From positions 15,376,001 through 15,440,000 of the forward strand of contig NC_135908.1 of NCBI RefSeq assembly GCF_964194155.1: 64,000 nucleotides of DNA, written 5' to 3'. The translations under genes and the position numbers were made by a program. This DNA comes from Cetorhinus maximus (lineage: Eukaryota). Numbering within the stretch: the first letter of the stretch is position 1; each line of letters begins with the position of its first letter. Below, piece after piece: positions 51,872-62,599 of the stretch. Below the pieces are notes generated by a model that worked only from the letters and a program-made list of their open reading frames with translations, was not told the DNA's origin and searched no databases.

Positions 51872-52906
51872 CGTCGGGACCTGGAAAAATTTATTAATTT
51901 TGCTTCCAATCTCCACCCCTCCATCATCTTCACATGGTCCATCTCTGACACTTCTCTTCCCTTCCTTGACCTCTCTGTCTCAATTTCTGATGATAGACTG
52001 TCCACCAATATCCATTACAAGCCTACCGACTCCCACAGCTACCTCGACTACAGCTCCTCACACCCCGCTTCCTGTAAAGACTCCATCCCATTCTCTCAGT
52101 TCCTTCGCCTCCGTCGCATCTGTTCTGATGACGCTACCTTCAAAAACAGCTCCTCTGACATGTCCTCCTTCTTCCTTAACCGAGGTTTTCCATCCACGGT
52201 CGTTGACAGGGCCCTCAACCGTGTCCGGCCCATATCCCGCGCATCCTCCCTCACGCCTTCTCCTCCTTCCCAGAAACATGATAGGGTCCCCCTTGTCCTC
52301 ACTTATCACCCCACCAGCCTCCGCATTCAAAGGATCATCCTCCGCCATTTCCGCCAACTCCAGCATGATGCCACCACCAAACACATCTTCCCTTCACCCC
52401 CCTTGACGGCATTCCGTAGGGATCGTTCCCTCCGGGACACCCTGGTCCACTCCTCCATCACCCCCTACTCCTCAACCCCCACTTATGGCACCTCCCCATG
52501 CCCACGCAGAAGATGCAACACCTGCCCCTTCACTTCCTCTCTCCTCACCGTCCAAGGGCCCAAACACTCCTTTCAAGTGAAGCAGCATTTCACTTGCATT
52601 TCCCCTAACTTAGTCTACTGCATTCGTTGCTCCCAATGCGGTCTCCTCTACATTGGAGAGACCAAACGCAAACTGGGCGACCGTTTTGCGGAACACCTGC
52701 GGTCTGTCCGCAAGAAAGACCCAAACCTCCCTGTCGCTTGCCATTTTAACACTCCACCCTGTTCTCTTGCCAACATGTCTGTCCTTGGCTTGCTGCATTG
52801 TTCCAGTGAAGCCCAACGCAAACTGGAGGAACAGCACCTCATCTTCCGACTAGGCACTTTACAGCCCTCTGGGCTGAATATTGAATTCAACAACTTTAGA
52901 TCTTAA
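51872..52906 (+). CDS. PLE ORF C-terminal part (RT thumb, Cys linker, GIY-YIG endonuclease), 5'-truncated
   Basis: Open frame RRDLEKFINFASNLHPSIIFT..LPFLDL..YKPTDSHSYL..CPRRRCNTC..NLVYCIRCSQCGLLYIGETKRKLGDRFAEH. The RT catalytic core is absent. Confidence 0.85.
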   Translation, partial: RRDLEKFINFASNLHPSIIFTWSISDTSLPFLDLSVSISDDRLSTNIHYKPTDSHSYLDYSSSHPASCKDSIPFSQFLRLRRICSDDATFKNSSSDMSSFFLNRGFPSTVVDRALNRVRPISRASSLTPSPPSQKHDRVPLVLTYHPTSLRIQRIILRHFRQLQHDATTKHIFPSPPLTAFRRDRSLRDTLVHSSITPYSSTPTYGTSPCPRRRCNTCPFTSSLLTVQGPKHSFQVKQHFTCISPNLVYCIRCSQCGLLYIGETKRKLGDRFAEHLRSVRKKDPNLPVACHFNTPPCSLANMSVLGLLHCSSEAQRKLEEQHLIFRLGTLQPSGLNIEFNNFRS

Positions 52907-53263
52907 ACTCCCCCTCCCCCCATCCCCACCCCGCTTCTTTTCCCCCCCCACCCGCTTTTTTTTCAATAATTTATATAGATTCTTCTTTCCCCACCTATTT
53001 CCATTATTTTTAAATCTAAAACTAAAACCTTTAGTCTTTCCACCCCACCCCCACTAGAGCTGTACTTTGAATATCCTGTTTTCCATTCTTAATTAGCACT
53101 TTTCTCAGACAAAGACCACCACCTTCAACACCTCTTTGACCCTTTTGTCTCTGACATCCTTTGATTATTATCTGCTCACACCACACCCTCAATGTGTCTC
53201 TTCCCCCCCGCCCCCCACCCACCTTAAACCAATTTATATTTCTCCCTTGTTGAAACTATGCTG

Positions 53264-53304
53264 CAGTTCTGCCGAAGGGCCATGGAGGCTCGAAACGTTG
53301 ACTG
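53264..53304 (+). ncRNA. Minimal type I hammerhead-ribozyme-like motif (variant core); mirror copy at ~50499-50539 on minus
   Basis: cagtt-CTGCCGA-a-gggcc-atgga-ggctc-GAAA-cgtt-gactg: stem I, stem II and a palindromic ACGT stem III. The core deviates from CUGANGA. Confidence 0.55.
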
Positions 53305-55726
53305 ATTTCTTCTCCGCCGATGCTGCCAGACTTGCTGAGTTTTTCCAGGTAATTCTGTTTTTGTTTTTTTTTGACGCAGCTACACGCCTGCATCTTCATC
53401 TTCGATATGCCTGGGTGCGCACTGTGGAGCGCTGCCAAGAGTGACTCCCTACCCTGTGATGGGACCACGACTCTTGAACCCCACATCAAAATTCCATCTT
53501 GACAACTCAGCTTAGTGTTCCTGGAATAAAATGGCGGCAAGTCATCAGGCACAAGAGTTCTTGGCGCTCCTTGTAAAACAAAGTCTTTGACTTTTGACAG
53601 TACCAGGTCTCGGTTCATCCATTTCTTGATCTGAGTGACACATATAGGTGATGACTCCAAGAAACGGAACAATAACACTAACACTTGTGGAACGGGTGTT
53701 TGACATGACTACCCGGTAATGGAAGATGATTAAGTGCGTCTGCATTGGCTATATGCGAGGCAGGGCAGTACCTGAATGTGTATTCATAAGCTGATAGCGT
53801 CAAAGCCCAGCATTGGATTCTCGCTGGAGCTATCAGCCGAATAGCTTTGTCTTCACTGAACAACCCTGTCAGCGGCTTATGGCCAGACGCAATTGTAAAA
53901 TGTCATCCGAGTGGGTATTGGTGAAGCTTCTTGACATGAAATACAACCGACAATCCTTCTTTTTCCACCCTAGAGTAGCCCCTTTTCAGTTTGGGAAAGT
54001 GTTCTTGAAACATAGCCAATGGGTCTTTCTGATCCGTCTTCCATTTGATGTGATCAAACGGCTCCTACTCCATATGGAGAAGGATCACACTTCAACACCA
54101 GCTCTTTAAATGGGTCATAACGTTCCAACAAGCATGATGAACGATGCAGTTTCTTCGCTGTTACAAAGGCTTCTTCTTCCTTTGAACCCCATAACTAGCA
54201 GTGGGTCTTTCTCAGCAACAAGTGTAGTGGTGCCAGTACAGTGGATGGATCAGGTCAAAAACAGCTGTAGTAATTAATTATAGCTAGGAAAGATTTAAGC
54301 TCTGTCACATTACAGGGTGATGGTGCATCTTTAATTGCTTGGACCTTGTCTTCAACAGGATGCAACCCCATAGCATCCACTCTGTGACCCGGGTAGGTTA
54401 CCTCCGATTCTTGAAATGTGCCTTTTTCTCACTTGAAACGCACACCAGCTTCCATAAATCTACTCAGCACTTTCTCAAGGTTGGCTAAATGTTCAGCTTC
54501 CATCAGCCCAGTGATGAGGATGTCATCTAAGTACACGACCACACGTGGAAGTCCTTGCAGGAGACTCTCCTTGGTGCGCTGAAAAATAGCGCATGCTGAT
54601 GAAACTCCAAAAGGTAACTGGGTGTACTGGGAGAGGCCTTTATGTGTATTAATTGTCATGTATTCTCTTGACGTGCTATCCAATCCCAATTGTTGATGGG
54701 CATGACTCATGTCTAGCTTTGTACATGACTTGTCTTGGGGTACAAGTCATCGATTCTAGGAATGGGGTATTTGTCTAACTTTGCACTTCGTTGACCTTCA
54801 GTTTGTAGTCGCCGCACCTACTTATAGTCTGGATGGCTTGACAGCTGGGACTATGGGTGCGGCCGACTCCAAAAACTGGACAGGCTGAATTATTCCCGGG
54901 TTTTCCAACCTACACAACTCTGTTTCCACTTTTTCTTTTAGTGAGCAAGGCACTGGCCTGGGCCTGGGTGAAGTGCGGTGTTGCCTGGGGATCAACGTGC
55001 GTTTCAGCTTGCACATCCTTCAGTTTTCCCCAATTCGTCTTGAAAAACAATGTCACTTCTTCAAGAGCCTCTGGAATTCCATCGGACTTCAAATGGAACA
55101 TTTCTGACCAGTCAGGTTTTATCTCCTGCAGCCAAATCTCGACCTAGAAGACTAGGTCCCTCCCCCATTAAGGTTATCACAGGCAGTTGGGCTGTCTGTT
55201 GTGTGTAGCAGACTGGGGCAGCAGCTACGCCTTTGACCTGAATGGATTCTCCAGTGTAGGTTCTCAGCTTGGCGGAGGTCCGCTCCAATGTCAATGGCCG
55301 AATCCCTTCACTGAGGCACTTGAACGTCTGCTCCCCAACTACAGTAGCTGAAGCGCCAGTAACCACCTCCATCTGCGGCTGCTGGCCATTCACTGGCACC
55401 GTCACTGTAATGGGCCCAGATTTAACAGCAGTCACATGTTGCAGAGAGTATACGTCAGTAGTAGCAGCCTCACCCTTTGCTGTCTCAGTTAGCTCAATCA
55501 GATTCATTTGTTGTCTTTCTGTTTGCCTATCTGTAATGATTGTAAGTTAAACCATTTCTTACTGTTATGGGGATCATGTGACTGTATAGACCAATCAGCC
55601 AATCTTAGGGGCAGAGCTTTTTAGCCTCGGTCTTGGAGCAAGTGTGTAGTCTCCTCCGAAGTCTGTTAATAAAGTTTACTGCTTCTTACAAGAAACCCGT
55701 CCTGCACTCTCCAAGTTTATTCCAGC

Positions 55727-55739
55727 TGGTGACGAGGAT
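55727..55739 (+). promoter_or_regulatory. Primer-binding site (tRNA-Ser-like) of Gypsy B
   Basis: TGGTGACGAGGAT, 2 nt after the 5' LTR, one mismatch from TGGCGACGAGGAT (complement of the tRNA-Ser(GCU) 3' end). Confidence 0.75.
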
Positions 55740-56069
55740 AAATAGTGCATCACCTTGCCCCGCCACTGTGAGTATTCCGATATTTTAAGGGAAGAACAGA
55801 AAAGAAGTATACTCACCAGCAATGCCTCTCTTTGGCAGCATTGACCCGTACGTCTCACCCATTGAGGACTGGAGTCAGTACTTTGAGTGATTAGGATTCT
55901 ATTTTGTAGCCAATGAAATAACAGCGAAGGAGAAACAGAGGGCAATTCTCCTGACTGTCCGTGGGAGCAAAACCTGTAACCTAACCCGTAATCTCACAGC
56001 TCCAAACGCGCCAAATTCCAGATCCTTCACCGAGCTAGTCGACCTCGTGAAAGGGACATTTTCAGCAAA

Positions 56070-56309
56070 AACTTCTTTAGCCAGAGAGTGGTGAATCTAT
56101 GGAATTCATTGCCACAGAAGGCTGTGGAGGCCAGGTCATTGAGTGTATTTAAGACCGAGATAGATGGGTTCTTGATTGGTAAGGGGATCAAAGGTGACGG
56201 GGAGAAGGCGGGAGAATGGGGTTGAGAAACTTATCAGCCATGATTGAATGGCGGAGCAGACTCGATGGGCCGAATGGCCTAATTTCTGCTCCTATGTCTT
56301 ATGGTCTTA
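56070..56309 (+). mobile_element. CR1 3' fragment inserted in Gypsy B gag
   Basis: ttctttagccagagagtggtgaatctatggaattc...gctcctatgtcttatggtctt interrupts the gag frame. Confidence 0.85.
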
Positions 56310-57123
56310 AATCCTCAGTGATCATGCAAAGATTCAAGTTTAACTCTCGAGTAAGGGCTCCCGATGAGTCGATTGCAACGCACATCACGAAGTTAAAACA
56401 GTTAACGGAGCAGGGTGACTTCGGCGATACTTCAAACGACATGATGCGAGGTCGTTTAATTTGTGGGATAAGTGACGATGCCATTCAGCGCCGTTTGCTT
56501 GCAGGGGTTGAGATAGACCTGAAGCGCAGCATGGAGAGAGCGCTAGCAATGGAGAGAGCGCTGAGAGGGCCTCACAGGCTTTGCAGAGTGAGCAACATGG
56601 CCGCTGTTTCACAGTTAGGGCGGGAACCTGCCACCGGGCGTGGCGCCAAGATCAGGGAGGTTACTGCGAAGCGGGACATGGTCCCCACCGCTAGAAACAT
56701 AAAAAGAAACGCTGGAAGCAGCTCACCAGTAACCCAGAAGTTAAAGTGTTACCGTTGTGGGGGGAATCATGCACCCGAGGTCTGCAGATTTAAAGAGGCA
56801 GAATGTCACTAGTGCCACAAAATAAAGGCATGTTGTTAAACAATGCAGGACTCCATCAAGGCAGCCATTCAGACATCAGGTCACATGAAGTGAAATGCAC
56901 ACTGTAGATGAGCCAGAAGTCACTGAGGCTGATGTTTATTCCCTACACAATCTGAAGGCCAGGAAAACTGAACCAATCACTCTTACACTTCTAGTGAATG
57001 GGAAGCCTCTGCTCATGGAGGTGGACACAGGAGCATCGACTACAGTGGTGGGGATAACACATCTTTAAATATCTCAGAGAAGGTACCCAGCCATTGAGTT
57101 TGGAGAAAACCGCTGCTCAGTTA

Positions 57124-57463
57124 CATAGAAACATAGAAACTAGGAGCAGGAGTAGGCCATTTGGCCCTTCGAGCCTGCTCCGCCATTCATTATGACCATG
57201 GCTGATCATCCAACTCAATAGCCTGCTCCCGCTTTCTCCCCATATCCTTTGATCCCTTTCGCCCCAAGAGCTATATCTAACTTCTTCATGAAAGGATACA
57301 ATGTTTTGGTCTCAACTACTTTCTGTGGTAATGAATTCCACAGGCTCACCACTCTCTGGGTGAAGAAATTTCTCCTCACCTCAGTCCTAAATGGTCTACC
57401 CCATATCCTCAGACTGTGACCCCTGATTCTGGACTCCCCCACCATCGGGAACATCCTTCCTGC
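57124..57463 (-). mobile_element. CR1 3' fragment inserted in Gypsy B protease region
   Basis: catagaaacatagaaa tail and the peptide RGHSLRIWGRPFRTEVRRNFFTQRVV. Confidence 0.88.
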
Positions 57464-58015
57464 AAAAACATATTGAGGAGAAGCAATACAGGTGAAAGGT
57501 ATCACCTCTATGCCTGTATCGTACAGACAAACAGATGACCCAGTTGCCAATGATGGCTGTAACGCGGGAAGTACCGAGCCTTCTGGACCATGATTGGTTG
57601 AAGGAAATCAAACTAAATTGGTCAGAAATTTTTCAGGCCAGGACAGGAGGAATACCAGGGTTACTAAAAAAAAAATGACAGGGTATTCTGAGGGGAGTTG
57701 GGAAAAATCAAAGGTCTGCAAGCCAAGATAAACGTGGACCATGAAGCAACACCCCGGCTTTTAAAGGCAAGACCTGTGCCTTACACTCTGAGAGAAAAGA
57801 TTGATACGGAATTATGTCGTTGGGAGAAGTTAGGGATAATACAGCTAGTCCAGTTTTCAGAATGGGATGCACCCACAGTCCCTGTACTAAAGCCAGACCA
57901 AACCATTCGCATCTGTGATGATTATAAATTAATGGATGCAAAATTAGACAAGTACCCAATCCCAAAGGTTGAAGATCTGTATGCTAAACTCACAGGAGGA
58001 AGATCCTATGCCAAA

Positions 58016-58116
58016 CTAAAATGGCGGCGCGGCGCCGATCGGGTTCGCGCCCGCCCCCGCCCGCTCCTGCAAGACCCCCCCCCCACCTCCAAACAGGGTT
58101 GGGGGGGAATATTTTT
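58016..58116. mobile_element. Fragment of the GC-rich TIR family replacing part of Gypsy B RT
   Basis: taaaatggcggcgcggcgccgatcgg matches 61755-61780. The RT segment normally between YAKL and VYLD is missing. Confidence 0.6.
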
Positions 58117-59817
58117 CCATTGTGTACCTGGACAACGTCTTAATCACAGGATCCACAGGAGCAAGAGATTTTTAGAGGCTGGCGTTCATTTATGAAAGGA
58201 AAAGTGCACCTTCCAGGCAAAGGAAGTTGGGTATCTGGGTCATCGAGTGGATGCCCGAGGATTGCATCCATTAAAGGAGAAAGTCAGGGCAATCAAGGAA
58301 GCTCCCTCTCCTGTCAACGTCACGGAGATCAAGTCTTTTTTGGGCATGGTAAACTATTACGGTCGAACTTTGCCTAATCTATCTACAGTAGCCCCTTTGC
58401 ATTTATTATTGAAGAAGAATCACAGATGGTCCTGGAAGGCACAGCAAGAGGAAGCCTTCACAAGAGTCAAGAAACTTTTACACTGGCCATGTCTGCTGGT
58501 GCACTATGACCCGTCTAAGGAATTGATGCCTACTCGTGATGGATCTCCCTATGGAATAGGAGCACACGATGGATGATGGATCTGAAAGACCAGTAGGATA
58601 TGTATCCAGAACCTATTCTGCAGCTGAGGAAGGTTACTCGCACATTGAAATAAAGGGCTTATCTATCGTATATGGAGTAAAGAAGTTCCATCAATATTTA
58701 CACTTCACCATAGCGTTAGATCACAAACCACTGTTAGCGTTGTTTAATGAAGGTAAGGCCATCCCACCTATAGCTTCTGCTAGAATTCAAAGATGGGCTT
58801 TAATTTTATTAGCATATGATTTACAGTTTTATGCACCGTCCTGGTGTGCAGATAGCAAATGTAGACACCCTCAGTCGTCTCCCTTTGCCCAGTAGTATTA
58901 CACACATACCAGTACCTCAAGAGGTAGCACTTGCATTAAATTTCCTGGACTCCTCACCAGTCTGCACGAGACAGATAAAGAATTGGATGAATCAGGATCC
59001 AGTTTTTAGCAAGAGTCCGTGAACAAGTGTTTCAAGAATGGTCAAATGCACAAGTCCTTGAAGAATTGAAACCATTCTTTGCACAGATCTGAACTGATTT
59101 GTCAAGATGGTATCTTATTATGGGAGCAAGGGTCATTATCCCTGTCCAAGGAAGAGAACCATTCTTAGAAGAACTTCATAGTGCGCACCCTGGTATTTCA
59201 AAAATGAAGATGCTCACATGAAGTTATATCTGGTGGCCAGGTATAGACAGTGATATAGAAAAGATGGTGAGACACTGTCTCCAGTGTCAGCAACAGCAGA
59301 AGTTGCCCGTTTCAGCTCCACTGCATCCGTGAGAGTGGCCTGGTCCACCCTGGGTTAGACTACGTATGGACTATGTCGTTCCATTTCTAGGTACCATATT
59401 TCTGGTGATTATCGAGGCACATTCCAAATGGATGTACGTGTTTGAAGTGAGATCACCCACTCTGCAACCATTGAAAACCCGCGCCAGAGTTTCAGCGTTC
59501 ATGGTTTACCTGAAGTTATTGTGTCAGACAATGGCATAGCTTTCACTGGCACTGAATTCCTATGATTCGTGAACCTAAATGGGATTAAACACGTCAGAAC
59601 AGCACCGTATCACCCCTCTTCTAATGACTTGGTGGAAAGAGCGGTGACAAACCTTTAATACAGGCATGAAGAAACAATGAGAGGGAACATCAGAAACTCA
59701 AATTTCAAGATTCCTGTTCAGCAATTGCACAAATCCTCATGTGACCACTGGTTTAACACCTTCAGAATTGTTAATGAAGCGCCGACTTAATACGAGATTG
59801 AGTCTAGTATTCCTAAA

Positions 59818-60155
59818 TACCACAGGGATAACTGGCTTATGGGCAGCCAAGCGTTCATAGCGATGTCGCTTTTTGCTCCTTCGATGTCGGTCCTTCCTAT
59901 CGTTGTGAAGCAGAATTCACCAGGGGTTGGGCTGTTCACCCACTAATGGGGAACGTGAGCTGGGTTCAGACTGGTTGACACAGGTTAGTCTCCCTCTACT
60001 GATGATGGTGTCGTTGCAATAGTAATCCTGCTCAGGACGTGAGGAGCTGCAGGTTCAGACATTTGGTGCGTGTGCTTGGGCTGAGGAGCCAATGGTGCGA
60101 AGCTACCACCTGTGGGATTATGGCTGAACGCCTCTAAGTCAGAATCCTGCCTAAA
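59818..60155 (+). pseudogene. 28S rRNA 3'-region fragment (diverged), peptidyl-transferase region through the sarcin-ricin loop
   Basis: taccacagggataactggct...gccaagcgttcatagcga...ccttcgatgtcgg...gcagaattcacc...gttcacccactaat...gaacgtgagctggg...aatcctgctcag...gaacgcctctaagtcagaatcc are conserved eukaryotic LSU motifs, here with scattered substitutions. Confidence 0.95.
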
Positions 60156-60167
60156 AGTTGCACCAGG

Positions 60168-60198
60168 AATCCTGCTCAGTGCGAGAGGAACTGCAGGT
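60168..60198 (+). pseudogene. Second copy of the 28S sarcin-ricin loop hairpin
   Basis: aatcctgctcagtgcgagaggaactgcaggt versus canonical aatcctgctcagtacgagaggaaccgcaggt. Confidence 0.85.
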
Positions 60199-60271
60199 GG
60201 AGAGAAAGGGAAGGTGGAGAGAAACCAGGGGAGTCAGAAAATGAATCATGACATTTACAGTAAAGGTCGAA

Positions 60272-60411
60272 CAGCTCACGTTCCCTGTTAGTGGGTGAAC
60301 AGCCCAACCCACGGTGAATTCTGCTTCACAACGATAGGAAGAGCCGACATCGAAGGAGCAAAAAGCTATGAACGCTTGGCTGCCCCCGCTGAGCTAGTTA
60401 TCCCTGTGGTA
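60272..60411 (-). pseudogene. Inverted 28S rRNA fragment
   Basis: Reverse complement of 59818-59962, continuing into inverted Gypsy sequence to 60468. Confidence 0.93.
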
Positions 60412-61159
60412 TTAGGGAATATTAGACTCAATCTCTTATAAAGTCGGCGCTTCATTAACAAGTCTGAAAAGAGAGAGACAGTTTTTGTACAAAATTTTGC
60501 AACTGGACCGAGATGGGTCCCTGGTCCAATGGTCTCTGAAACAGGACCTGTATCTTATCAGGTCGAAGTGGAAATCGGGATTGTTAGGAAACACGCAGAT
60601 CATCTCGGAAGTTGAGAAACCCTCCAAAAGCCAGTTAATCCACCTGAAATCAAAGTTGAAACTTTGACACCTGAGGTGCCAGATCGACAAAGAGTAGACA
60701 TACCGGATATCTCTGCTGAAGTAAATCATTCTGATCTGCCAGTGTCCAGGGATGTCCCTGTGGCTGCAGTTCCTGTGCATGTCGATCCAATGGAAGAACC
60801 TCCTGTCGGAGAGTAGCGTCGCTCTACCAAAATCTGAAAACCCCCTCAAAGGCTGAATTTATAATGGTATGCACTATATATAATTGTACATAATATGGAT
60901 TCAGATGTTTTGCAAATAAGATGGTAAAACTTTTGTAAAATAAGACAGCAAAGGGGGAGGAATGTAATAATTGTAAGTTAAACCATTTCTTACTGTTATG
61001 GGGATCATGTGACTGTATTGACCAATCAGCCAATCTTAGGGGTGGAGCTTTTTAGCCTTGGTCTTGGAATAAGTGTGTCGTCTCCTCCGACGTCTGTTAA
61101 TAAAGCTTACTGCTTGTTTCAAGAAACCCATCCTGCACTCTCCAAGTTTATTACATTAT

Positions 61160-61856
61160 GGCCAGGATTTCCCGGTGTCCGCTCACCGACGCGTGAAATG
61201 ATACAGGATGACATCGGGCGGAACTCCCAACGTTACCCCGCCCCATTTCAATTTTCAGGTCATTGGGGGATCAACCGAATCATCAGTGCGCCCGCCGACC
61301 TGTCAATGGCCAATCGGAGCCATTGACAAAGTAGTTAAAGTAATTAATGGACCTGCCCGTCCAACCTTAAGGTTGGCGGGCAGGCCGGGAGCCCTGGCAG
61401 GCTTCAGAGAAAGCATGGAACCCTCATCCACGGGCGGGATGAGGTTTCATGTAGGTTTTAACATTTTTAATAAAATTGTCAATAAAAGTGATGGACATGT
61501 CCCAACTCATGAGACAGTGTCACATGAGGGGACGTGTCAGGGGAATTTATTTCTTCTGTTTTTAAAATTCTTTCATGTGGAGCCGATCTCCCTGAGGCCG
61601 CACTTAACCTCAGGGAGATGAGTGCGCTATTTCCTGTGCATGTGCGAAGGAGCGCACTCCCGGCTCAGGGATTCCCCTCCCCGCCTGCACAGGGAGTGCA
61701 CAGCGCTGCCTTGCGGACGTCAGGCTGGGCGGGCCTTAATTGGCCCACCCACGTAAAATGGCGGCGCGCCCCCGATCGGAGGCGCGCCTCCACCCGCCTG
61801 CTCCTAAACATCCCCTCCCCCCACCCCCCCCCCCCGAGGAAGGGAAAATTCTGCCC
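61160..61856. mobile_element. GC-rich non-autonomous TIR element, 3-bp TSD TAT
   Basis: Ends GGCCAGGATTTCCC...GGGAAAATTCTGCCC, with TAT at 61157-59 and 61857-59. Confidence 0.82.
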
Positions 61857-61947
61857 TATCCTTTGTTCTGCACCTGCCTAACCAGGTGTCCTTTCCTGTG
61901 GCAATAATTACATTTTGCCTCTTTGAATCCAGAAATGTCTGCTCCAC

Positions 61948-62599
61948 GGGCAGAAGTTTACGTCCTGCGGGCGGACGCAAAATCACGCGAGATGATGCCA
62001 GGCGAGCGTCCCGACGCCATCGTGCACTCGCACGACATTTCATTTGGCGGGAGTGCACAAATTTCGGAAGCGCGCCCACCGACAATTAAGCCCATTAATG
62101 GCGCAATTGTCTGTGATTTTTCGTGGCCCGTCCAACCTTATGGTTGGCGGACGGGGCGAATCGGCCGGGCGGCCTTTACATTTTTCAGCAAATCTCATCC
62201 AAGGGCGGGATGAAATCTCCGTAACAAATAAAATCAAAATAAATATCCGGGGGCGGCATTTTTACGAGCTGTGCTTTCAGGTGCTTGGTTGTGATGCGTG
62301 GACATTTTTTTTGCAGCTTTTTAGAGCTTTATTTCATTATTTGCAGGTCTGCAGCTCCCTGAGGCAGCTGCCTGCCTTCGGGGAGCTCTCTCTCGCACAG
62401 CGCTCACCCACGCCCGCAGTGACATCATCGCCCGCCCTCTTACCCCAGCAGCGCTGAGCTTTTCAGCGTGCGTTTCACACTGGCTGTCCATTCATTGGCC
62501 AGTCAGGGTGAAATCACAGACGGGGGCTAATCGTGGTCGGGGGGTGTGGGGTCCATTTCCTGGCCACTCCAGGCGCCTGATGACCAAAAAATTCAGGCC
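61948..62599. mobile_element. GC-rich non-autonomous TIR element, 3-bp TSD CAC/CAT
   Basis: Ends GGGCAGAAGTTT...AAAATTCAGGCC. Removing it restores the host gag frame CYRCGGNH-GADISGFKEAKCNYCHRKGH. Confidence 0.82.

Larger units (their letters stand above)
50384..53372. mobile_element. Penelope-like element: two 5'-truncated copies in inverted (head-to-head) arrangement
   Basis: 13-bp TSD GACGCAGCTACAC (50371-50383, 53373-53385). Arms ~50440-51869 and 51934-53365 are almost identical inverted repeats, and both encode the RT thumb plus GIY-YIG endonuclease. Confidence 0.95.
55532..61155 (+). mobile_element. Gypsy/Ty3 (Mag-like) LTR retrotransposon B, nested in element A
   Basis: 193-bp LTRs 55532-55724 and 60963-61155 (about 14 mismatches by eye), PBS at 55727, PPT aaagggggagga at ~60950. 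Relics of gag (CYRCGGNH), protease (MEVDTGAST), RT, RNase H and integrase (VSDNG, APYHPSSN) with stops and frameshifts. TSD CTATC/TTATC. Confidence 0.93.

Noticed and set aside
50910-52893. Multiple mirrored ORFs (203, 108, 81, 75 aa) in the palindrome
   Set aside because: They are alternative-frame and antisense products of the duplicated PLE ORF.
50384-53372. Assembly artefact explanation for the palindrome
   Set aside because: The exact 13-bp TSD, the few arm differences, the asymmetric tail and the same architecture at 29.6 kb argue for a real insertion. Read-level confirmation is still desirable.
59818-59840. Resemblance of CAGGGATAACTGG to the I-SceI homing site
   Set aside because: This is simply the conserved LSU sequence. 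No intron or homing endonuclease is present at that site.
59818-60411. Functional rDNA unit or an R2-type element inserted into 28S
   Set aside because: Only short diverged fragments are present, with substitutions in invariant positions. The rRNA lies inside the retroelement rather than flanking it.
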